DNA of 64,000 nt, from positions 1 through 64,000 of IMG/VR virus record IMGVR_UViG_3300046675_000234. One strand, 5' to 3'. The translations under genes and the position numbers were made by a program. The first letter of the stretch is position 1. Every line of letters begins with the position of its first letter. This document shows positions 57,045-64,000 of this stretch, one piece after another. Source of the DNA: a virus. Below the pieces are notes generated by a model. It saw only the letters and a list, made by a program, of their open reading frames with translations, did not search any database and was not told the origin of the DNA.

Positions 57045-57337
57045 TGTACTACACCGACCGGGATGTCAAGGGGTCCGGCACGGGCGGGCAGTTCAACCCG
57101 CAGTCGCCTAAAGCCCGCGAGGTTCTCGACTGGATCTACACACAGAAGCCAGGCAAGAGAATCCTGCGAGATGATGCGCCAGCCTGCCACCAGATATCCG
57201 ATGGGGAGATCAAGGAGGCGATAAAGATGAACCTGATTGACGATCAGGGCGTCCGCACGGAAATAGGCCACCACCCCAGTCTCATCCGCAGTCAGCCAAT
57301 TGACTGGCAGGCACTGTGGGAGATGGCGGATAAATGA
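57044..57337 (+). CDS. Hypothetical protein
   Basis: Coupled to the polA stop. Confidence 0.55.
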   Translation: MYYTDRDVKGSGTGGQFNPQSPKAREVLDWIYTQKPGKRILRDDAPACHQISDGEIKEAIKMNLIDDQGVRTEIGHHPSLIRSQPIDWQALWEMADK

Positions 57338-57642
57338 TCGGTTACCTGCACATCGGTGAGACCCGCGCCGAGATCGACACCATCGAGTTCGGCAATGACT
57401 GCATGGTGATCAGGGCCACCCTCGGGGGAAACGTCGCGGCCACGCTGCGCGGGCACGTCAAGATCACCGGGTCAGACGGCACGGTCTGCTGGCGCGGCAC
57501 TAAGTGGCACGACTACGGTGTCAAGACCGTGGGCGGTCCCCTCGGGCCGAGCACCTGGTTCATCACGCTGAACGCCGACCTGTTCGACCGGACCAACGTC
57601 GAGATCACGGCCAGGTATGACCCGCCCGTGGACCCGCCATGA
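57334..57642 (+). CDS. Hypothetical protein
   Basis: ATGA-coupled. Confidence 0.6.
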   Translation: MIGYLHIGETRAEIDTIEFGNDCMVIRATLGGNVAATLRGHVKITGSDGTVCWRGTKWHDYGVKTVGGPLGPSTWFITLNADLFDRTNVEITARYDPPVDPP

Positions 57643-57644
57643 TG

Positions 57645-58076
57645 CTAGGCGGGCGGCGCGTTCGGGTCTACCGGCACGTTCGGATCGACCGGGGCGTTCG
57701 GGTCTACCGGTGCGGCGGGCTGCACCAGGGCACTGACGCTGCCAGCCGCCGAGTCGAGCGCGGCCTGGACCTGGCTGGCCCGCTGCGCGAGCGCGTCGAG
57801 CTGGGTGGTGTCCACCGGGGTGCCAGCCGCAGCCTGCGCGGCGATGGACTGGGCGGCGGCGGTGAGGTCGGCTGCCTTGGCCGATACGTCATCCATCATC
57901 GTGCTGATGGCGGCGACGTCGGCGGCGATCTGCTGCTCTGTCATGAGGATCTGGTTTACCTTCCCGTGCATACGGTCAACGGAAGACTGGAGATTGGACA
58001 GCGCCGTGGTCACCTGCACGTACCAGGAGTTCGACGGCGCGCGGGGGGACCACACGGCTCTGAACCAGCCGGTCAC
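57645..58076 (-). CDS. Coiled-coil protein with PVDPN repeats
   Basis: Ala-rich heptads, three PVDPN copies; coupled to small ORF 58073-58222. Confidence 0.65.
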   Translation of the reverse strand: MTGWFRAVWSPRAPSNSWYVQVTTALSNLQSSVDRMHGKVNQILMTEQQIAADVAAISTMMDDVSAKAADLTAAAQSIAAQAAAGTPVDTTQLDALAQRASQVQAALDSAAGSVSALVQPAAPVDPNAPVDPNVPVDPNAPPA

Positions 58077-58273
58077 CCGGCGTCAGGCGGCGGCGGCTGT
58101 ACGGGACTGGCCTCGGCAGCCTGGGGCTCTGGCACCTCGGCGGCGGCAGCGGCTTCCTCATCGAGCTTGCGCTGCTCGGCTACCTCGGCAGCGACGGCCT
58201 CGCGGTCCTGTGGCATGGTCATGATGGCCTCCCTTCGCACTGAGCCTCGCACTTACCCGCCAAGGAGGCAACT

Positions 58274-58723
58274 ATGCCAGCCCCGCCACCCGTGACGCTG
58301 TGGCTCGATCCGGGCGGAATGACCGGTTTTGCCTGCTGGGAGTCCGGCACCGACCACTTCTGGGCCGACGAGTTCGCCTGGGACGATGCGTGCGACAAGC
58401 TGGCCACCCTGGCTAGCTACTACCGCTCGCTGCTGTACATCGGCTGGGAGAAGTTCACCATCCTGCCGGACACGCACAAGAAGACCCCGCAGCCCGAGGC
58501 GTACGAGTTCCCCGGCGTGGTCAAGTACCTGGCCCGGACGTGGGCCTGCCGCCTGCTGCCGCCAGCCCGGCCTGCCGAGCGCAACGTGGCCACTCCCGCG
58601 ATACTGCGCAGGGCTGGCTGGTGGTCACCCGGCAAGAACGACGCTCAGTCGGCTGCCCAGCACCTGTACGCCTGGATGCTGCGCGAGAATTGCGTGCCGC
58701 ATCGCATTGCCGCGATGAGGTAG
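58274..58723 (+). CDS. RuvC-like Holliday junction resolvase
   Basis: LDPGGMTGFA, WEKF, DA.SA..H. Confidence 0.75.
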   Translation: MPAPPPVTLWLDPGGMTGFACWESGTDHFWADEFAWDDACDKLATLASYYRSLLYIGWEKFTILPDTHKKTPQPEAYEFPGVVKYLARTWACRLLPPARPAERNVATPAILRRAGWWSPGKNDAQSAAQHLYAWMLRENCVPHRIAAMR

Positions 58724-58747
58724 CCTGTTTACACCATCAAGGCAACG

Positions 58748-59188
58748 ATGACGATAGGACAACCGATGGCAGATGTAGCACGGCTATCTGACCGCCAGGC
58801 TCAGCCGTTCACCCCGCCCGAAGAGCGGCGGTACGTTACCAGGCTCAACCAGATCCCGGATGCGCAGCTCGCCTGCCGTATCCACCACAAGTGGCCATCC
58901 GAGGAACTTGAGTACGGCAAGCCGATGCCCGAGGGCCTGACCGCGACCCGTACCGAGAAGCAGGGCGTCTTCCTGATCGAGGACCAGTGCCCGCGCTGCG
59001 GCAAGGTCCGGTGGAAGCTCACCAGGCCGCGCCGTGTCTGGGACACATCCGAGGGCTGGCATTACATCGACCCGAAGAACCTGCCCGGTTTCGAGGACTG
59101 GGTGTCGCTGGATAAGGACATGAAGCGCGGAGCCCGCACGATGATGGGCGAGAACATCCGGCGCAACGCCAAGCAGCTCTTCAAGTAG
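58748..59188 (+). CDS. Hypothetical Zn-binding protein
   Basis: ACR..HKW..CPRCG. Confidence 0.65.
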   Translation: MTIGQPMADVARLSDRQAQPFTPPEERRYVTRLNQIPDAQLACRIHHKWPSEELEYGKPMPEGLTATRTEKQGVFLIEDQCPRCGKVRWKLTRPRRVWDTSEGWHYIDPKNLPGFEDWVSLDKDMKRGARTMMGENIRRNAKQLFK

Positions 59189-59195
59189 GCCGCTC

Positions 59196-59660
59196 ATGAT
59201 CATCATGGAGCGGTACGACGATCTGGCCTGGAAACGCAGCGAGGCCAAGATCGTCGCCACGGAGACCGTCCGCTTCACCTACCGGGGCGTCACCGTCGAG
59301 CTGGACCTGGCCGAGGCAAACTACGCCGACGTCAACAAGTACATGGAAGAGCTGGCTGAGGCTGGCACGATCGTCAAGGGCCGGAAGGGCGATATCAAGA
59401 GCGGTCCCCGGTCCAGCGGCAACGTCACCCGCACCACGGCCGAGAACAAGAATCTGCGCGAGTGGGTCAGGGCCAACAACATAATGGCCAGGAAGGGCAA
59501 GCCACGGCTGGCCTACCGTACGGAGATAAGCGGGAAGTATTACTACCCGCAGTGGCTCTGGGACCTGTACGACACAGCGACGGAGGAAGCGGATGGCATG
59601 GGCGTCGATCGACCAGACCGGCGAGCGGCCGATGCTGGCAATCGGGGCGGCAAAGGCTGA
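59196..59660 (+). CDS. lsr2: Lsr2-like nucleoid-associated protein
   Basis: DDL..A.ETVRF...G..ELDL...N oligomerisation domain; LREWVRAN C-domain. Confidence 0.8.
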   Translation: MIIMERYDDLAWKRSEAKIVATETVRFTYRGVTVELDLAEANYADVNKYMEELAEAGTIVKGRKGDIKSGPRSSGNVTRTTAENKNLREWVRANNIMARKGKPRLAYRTEISGKYYYPQWLWDLYDTATEEADGMGVDRPDRRAADAGNRGGKG

Positions 59661-61437
59661 GCACCACTTGTGCGCTGCCATCCCCGGCTGCAACTACGAC
59701 AAGAAGGACGGCATCTGGCGGCTGCCGCTGAGCTGGCCGGGCTATGTCTGCTTCCGCACCGCGTGGGCCTCGATGCCGGTCTACATCTACCCGCCGCTGC
59801 TGGCCTGGGGTGAGTCGGCCTGGACGCAGGTCCAGAAGCGGTTCGCTGACCGGATACGGATCGACTGCACTACCGAGTACGGTGCGATGATCCGGGACGC
59901 CGAGGCCGACAACTCGATGGAGCTGCGGCCGGACCAGCGCGGCGCGGTGCAGTGGCTGTGCACCTACGGCCGGGTCGGCATCGAGGACCCGACCGGCAAC
60001 GGCAAGACCCCGATCGTGATCCGCGCGCTCCAGGTCCAGCAGCAGGTGACCGGTACTGCCCTGCCAGCCCTGTACATCGCCAACGGCTCGGCGCTGTTCG
60101 GCATCCGTGACAAGTTCGCCGCCTGGGCTCCCGAGCTGCGGGTGGTGGTGGTCACCGGCACGGCGGCGAACCGGGCCAAGGCCCTGGAGCGCGAGGCCGA
60201 CGTCTACATCATCGCGTGGGACAACCTGCGGCTGCACACCCGGCTGGCGAAGTACGGCAGCCAGCGGCTGTCCCGCTGCACTGAGTGCGCCGGGACCGAG
60301 ACCAAGGTCACGCCGGGCCGCTGCGAGGTGCACGAGAAGGAGCTGAACAAGATCCGGTTCGGCACCGTCATCCCGGACGAGGCGCACAAGATGCGCGACC
60401 CGACCACCAAGCAGACGCGGGCGGCGTGGTGGCTGATGCACCACGCCGAGTTCGCCTGGCCGATGACCGGCACGCTGGTGGCCGCGACGGTGGCCGACCC
60501 GTGGGGGCCGCAGCACGGACTCGACCCGCGCGCCTTCCCGTCCCGGTCACGCTATATCGACATGTTCGCCCAGAAGGAGTTCGCCTGGAACCGGGGCGCG
60601 GAGATCCTCGGCTTCCGGCCCGAGCACGAGTACCAGGCACAGACGATCATCCAGCCGTACTGGCGGCGCATCCCGAAGGAGATCGCCCGGCCCAACCAGC
60701 CGCCGCGCGGCGAGCCCGAGTTCCGCTACACCGAGCTGTCGCCAGCCCACCGCAAGGTCTACGACCAGCTCACCAAGGAGGCGCTGGCCGACCTGGAGGG
60801 CGCGTCGATGGTGACCGGCAACGACCTGGAGAAGTACACCCGGCTGTGCCAGCTCGCCTCTTCCATGGTCGAGCAGTACGACGGCGAGGACTCCCAGGGC
60901 TTCACCCGGCCGCTGTACCGGCTGGCGCTGCCCTGCCCGAAGGCCGATGACCTGATCGAGTTCCTGTCCGAGACCGATGACCAGGTGGTGGTCGCGGCCA
61001 TCTCCACCCAGCTCATCGAGCTGGCCGAGCGCAAGCTGCACGATGCCGGGATCAGCTTCACCCACATCATCGGCGGGATGAGCAGCGAGGCCCAGTACCA
61101 GGCCAACATGACGTTCCTGTCCGGCCAGGTCCGGGTGATCCTGATCAGCGCGGCAGGCGGCGAGTCCATCGACCTCCAGTCCAGCTCCGTGATCTACTTC
61201 CTGGAGCCGGACACCTCGTTCCTGGCCCGCGAGCAGAAGATCGGCCGCGTGGACCGCTACGGCCAGCGGTACGCGGTGCGCCAGGTCTACGCGCTGGCCC
61301 CCGGCACCGTGGACATGCACCGCTACCAGCTCGGCTCCGACAAGGCCGAGCGGCACGATAGCGTGGCCCGCGACCCTGACCTGCTGCGCTGGATTCTGAC
61401 CGGCGAGCAGGTGGACTTCAGCAAAGGACAACGATGA
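59593..61437 (+). CDS. SNF2-family helicase
   Basis: TGNGKT, DEAH, MTGT, GGESIDL, QKIGRVDRYGQ. Confidence 0.9.
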   Translation: MAWASIDQTGERPMLAIGAAKAEHHLCAAIPGCNYDKKDGIWRLPLSWPGYVCFRTAWASMPVYIYPPLLAWGESAWTQVQKRFADRIRIDCTTEYGAMIRDAEADNSMELRPDQRGAVQWLCTYGRVGIEDPTGNGKTPIVIRALQVQQQVTGTALPALYIANGSALFGIRDKFAAWAPELRVVVVTGTAANRAKALEREADVYIIAWDNLRLHTRLAKYGSQRLSRCTECAGTETKVTPGRCEVHEKELNKIRFGTVIPDEAHKMRDPTTKQTRAAWWLMHHAEFAWPMTGTLVAATVADPWGPQHGLDPRAFPSRSRYIDMFAQKEFAWNRGAEILGFRPEHEYQAQTIIQPYWRRIPKEIARPNQPPRGEPEFRYTELSPAHRKVYDQLTKEALADLEGASMVTGNDLEKYTRLCQLASSMVEQYDGEDSQGFTRPLYRLALPCPKADDLIEFLSETDDQVVVAAISTQLIELAERKLHDAGISFTHIIGGMSSEAQYQANMTFLSGQVRVILISAAGGESIDLQSSSVIYFLEPDTSFLAREQKIGRVDRYGQRYAVRQVYALAPGTVDMHRYQLGSDKAERHDSVARDPDLLRWILTGEQVDFSKGQR

Positions 61438-62420
61438 CGATCACGATGACCAATAGCGAGTTCTTTACCTGGCAGCGCTGCCCGCGCTTCTGGTTCCTGC
61501 GGTACTACCTGGGCTACACGCCCGACGCCGACGAGGTGACCGGCAGCCGCATCCTGGGCATCCGCATCCACGCGGCGCTGGAGGGCATGTACGGCTACGG
61601 CCTGGACCCGCTGACGGTGCTGCACCTGCTGTACAAGATCGCGCTGGAGCAGTTCCCCGACAATGAGGCCGAGCTGATCAAGGAGCGCGACCTGGCCAGC
61701 GCCATGGTCGAGGGCTACATAGAGTGGACAGCCGCGACCGGCGCGGACGCGGGCCTGGCCGTGATCGCCACCGAGGCGGCGGTGACCGTGCCGCTGCCCG
61801 GCGTTCCGGGCGTGGACCTGCGCGCCAAGCTGGACCGGGTGGTGCTCGATGAGGCCACCGGGCTACTGAGCTTCGTGGACGACAAGACCGCCGCGAGCTT
61901 TGACCGGCACGAGATCCTGGCGCTCAACCCGCAGTTCCGGTTCTACTCGCTGATCCAGAAGATAGCCAGCGCCAATCCGGGCGGGCCGCGCGTGCTCGGC
62001 GGCGTGGTCAACACGCTGCGCCGGGTCAAGCGCACCGACCGGTCCAAGCCGCCCTACTACCAGCGTGACCCGTTCCGGTACACCGAGGTCAACATCGGGT
62101 CCACGCTGCTGAAGGTGACCGGGCTGGCCCAGCAGATCATGGAGACCCGGCGGCACCTGGACTGGATCTACGCCGAGAACGGCGGCAAGGCCGACCTGAC
62201 GCTGCTCAACCACTACCAGCTCCTGCACCTGGCCCCGACGCCGATCGAGACGGACTGTAGCTGGCGGTGCCCGTTCGTGCAGCTCTGCCCGCTGATGGAT
62301 GACGGGTCCGACTGGGTGGGATCATTGGTACGTTCCGGTCATTTCCGGCAGGAAGACCCCTACAGCTACTACGAGCGTGACCCGCTGGCGGAAGTCCGGC
62401 AGATGCTCGCCAAGCAGTAA
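61434..62420 (+). CDS. PD-(D/E)xK exonuclease (RecB/Cas4-like)
   Basis: CPR.W, G..IH.ALE, KLD..DDKT, Q...Y, C.W.CPF...C. Confidence 0.85.
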   Translation: MTITMTNSEFFTWQRCPRFWFLRYYLGYTPDADEVTGSRILGIRIHAALEGMYGYGLDPLTVLHLLYKIALEQFPDNEAELIKERDLASAMVEGYIEWTAATGADAGLAVIATEAAVTVPLPGVPGVDLRAKLDRVVLDEATGLLSFVDDKTAASFDRHEILALNPQFRFYSLIQKIASANPGGPRVLGGVVNTLRRVKRTDRSKPPYYQRDPFRYTEVNIGSTLLKVTGLAQQIMETRRHLDWIYAENGGKADLTLLNHYQLLHLAPTPIETDCSWRCPFVQLCPLMDDGSDWVGSLVRSGHFRQEDPYSYYERDPLAEVRQMLAKQ

Positions 62421-62468
62421 TGTCAGACCCCTGTGCTCTGATAGGGTGAGGACACCGGAAAGGTAACG

Positions 62469-63278
62469 ATGACGATTCAGCCTTATGCGCAGCAACCCGT
62501 GCGCCCTGATCTCCGGGTTGCCGCGCCGCAGCAGTATCCCGAGCTTCGCCAGCCGCAGCGCCGCGTCCAGGGCATCTCCGCGCTGGTCTACGGCTTCGCC
62601 AAGGCGGGCAAGTCATCGCTGGCCGACAGCGGGCCGGTGCCGCGCCTGATCCTGGACATCGAGGGCACCAGCTTCTGGACACCCTCTCGCAAGGTCTACT
62701 GGAATCCGATGACCGAGCCGATCCCCCGGCCAGACGGCACCTGGGACACCTGCGTGGTGCTGACCAGGGACATCTCCACGATCGACCTGACGTACCGCAT
62801 CCTGGCCAGCGGCCAGCACCCGTTCAACTCGGTCAGCGTGGATAGCGTCACCGAGATGCAGCAGCGGATCATTGACGAGCGGGTCGGCTGGAAGAAGATC
62901 GAGCGCGATGACTGGGGCGTGCTGCTGCGCCGGGTGTCCTGGGTGACCCGGCAGTGGCGTGACCTGGTGACCCATCCGGTGCACCCGATCTGGACGCTGA
63001 CCTTCGTAGCCGGGGTGCACATGGACGGGCGCACCGGCCGGTGGCGTCCGCTGGTCCAGGGCCAGGTGGGCGACTTCCTGCCCTACTACGTTGACGTGCT
63101 CGGCTACCTCGGCGCGATGCCCGATCAGAGCAGGCAGCTCCTGATCGGCCCGCACCCTCAGTACGAGACCGGCGAGCGGATCGGCGGCAGGCTACCGTAC
63201 TCGCTCCCGATCGCCTATCCAGGCCGCGATGGCTACACGATGGAATCCATGCTGAGTCAAGTCTTGGCAGGAAGGTAG
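62469..63278 (+). CDS. Sak4-like (AAA_24) phage recombinase ATPase
   Basis: YGFAKAGKS, LDIEG, VDSVTE, DW, DV.GYL. Confidence 0.85.
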   Translation: MTIQPYAQQPVRPDLRVAAPQQYPELRQPQRRVQGISALVYGFAKAGKSSLADSGPVPRLILDIEGTSFWTPSRKVYWNPMTEPIPRPDGTWDTCVVLTRDISTIDLTYRILASGQHPFNSVSVDSVTEMQQRIIDERVGWKKIERDDWGVLLRRVSWVTRQWRDLVTHPVHPIWTLTFVAGVHMDGRTGRWRPLVQGQVGDFLPYYVDVLGYLGAMPDQSRQLLIGPHPQYETGERIGGRLPYSLPIAYPGRDGYTMESMLSQVLAGR

Positions 63279-63284
63279 AGAACG

Positions 63285-64000
63285 ATGGGATATCCGCAAG
63301 GACCGCCTCAGCAAGGACCGCCGCCGGGACAGGGCGGATGGCAGCAGGGCCAGGGCGGCTGGCAGCAGCCACCCCAGGGCGACCCGTACGCCCAGCAGCA
63401 GGGCGGCTTCACGCCGTTCCAGGGCGGCCAGCCGATGGGCGGCAGCGCGGGCGGCTACGACTGGAACACGCTGTACGGCCAGGCCGACCACACCGTTGGC
63501 CAGCTCGTTGACGCCGGTCTGTACACCGCGATCGTCAAGGCATCGGACTGGGACCGGACCAAGGACGGCAGCAAGGGGGCCTGGACCATCACGTTCATCC
63601 TGACCAGCGGTCCCCGGCCTGGCATGAAGCAGGTCATGACCATGGCGGTCAGCCCGAAGACCAACAAGGGCGAGGACAACCCCGAGGGCATGGGCCGGAT
63701 GTTCCGGCAGCTCGCGGCGATGGGCATCCCGGTGCCGCCGCCGTACGGCCAGCAGGGCTGGTGGCAGCTCGGCTGGAACGAGCAGCAGGTGGGCCAGGCC
63801 ATGGTCGGCCACCCGGTCCTGCTCCAGCTCATCCACGACGAGTACGAGGGCGTCACCCGGAACAAGGTGCGCGACATCCAGCCGCCGCCGCCCGGAGCCC
63901 CGACCCAGATGCCGCAGATCGCCCAGCAGCAGCAGCAGCAGGGCTTCGCCCCGCCGCAGGGCCAGCAGTGGCAGGCCCCGCCGCAGCAGGCCCCGCAGCC
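63285..64000 (+). CDS. DUF669-like single-stranded DNA-binding protein (3' end lies outside the window)
   Basis: ATG at 63285. GLYTAIV..T..G and Y.G..RNKV core flanked by Q/G/P-rich tails. Follows the Sak4-like gene. Confidence 0.75.
   Translation, partial: MGYPQGPPQQGPPPGQGGWQQGQGGWQQPPQGDPYAQQQGGFTPFQGGQPMGGSAGGYDWNTLYGQADHTVGQLVDAGLYTAIVKASDWDRTKDGSKGAWTITFILTSGPRPGMKQVMTMAVSPKTNKGEDNPEGMGRMFRQLAAMGIPVPPPYGQQGWWQLGWNEQQVGQAMVGHPVLLQLIHDEYEGVTRNKVRDIQPPPPGAPTQMPQIAQQQQQQGFAPPQGQQWQAPPQQAPQ

Noticed and set aside
61434-62420. Cas4 as part of a CRISPR system
   Set aside because: No cas1/cas2 or repeat-spacer array; context beside Sak4 and SSB indicates a phage recombination nuclease
1-64000. 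tRNA, integrase/att site, intein, reverse transcriptase/DGR
   Set aside because: None recognised by eye; terL, polA and the helicases are of normal length. tRNAscan/Infernal would be needed to exclude small RNAs.

Overview
The window is a 64 kb, GC-rich part of a tailed dsDNA phage genome (siphovirus-type tail, probably infecting an actinomycete). No host genes, integrase, tRNA or CRISPR array were recognised. Positions 1-50,760 are almost all on the minus strand. Read right to left they give: prim-pol and helicase with an iteron/AT-rich origin-like region; many small accessory genes; a lysis cassette; a secreted Rpf + NlpC/P60 cassette; terminase, portal and a short MuF-like head protein; an unusual 8.7 kb block of modular proteins; Mu-like prohead protease/scaffold, capsid, head-tail and tail genes. 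From 50,900 the plus strand carries regulatory and replication genes (HTH, TOPRIM, HicA-like, PolA, RuvC-like, Lsr2-like, SNF2 helicase, PD-(D/E)xK nuclease, Sak4-like ATPase, DUF669-like SSB). The strongest candidate for a new system is 17,172-25,837. These proteins are strings of modules separated by a recurring [IVLMT]-[DE]-[LM]-[ASG] tag, often followed by F-[ND]-P-x-[QE]-x-R-D-x-x-G-R-W, and the same tag occurs five times in the prohead protease/scaffold. I infer protease-processed, capsid-loaded cargo polyproteins: ParB-like, glycosylase-like and metallopeptidase modules plus basic DNA-binding-like modules. Two of these genes appear joined by a -1 frameshift (C-CCT-TTC followed by a long hairpin). 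The genome also has a repeated promoter-proximal motif and a repeated start-associated motif. All family assignments come from motifs read by eye, not database searches.
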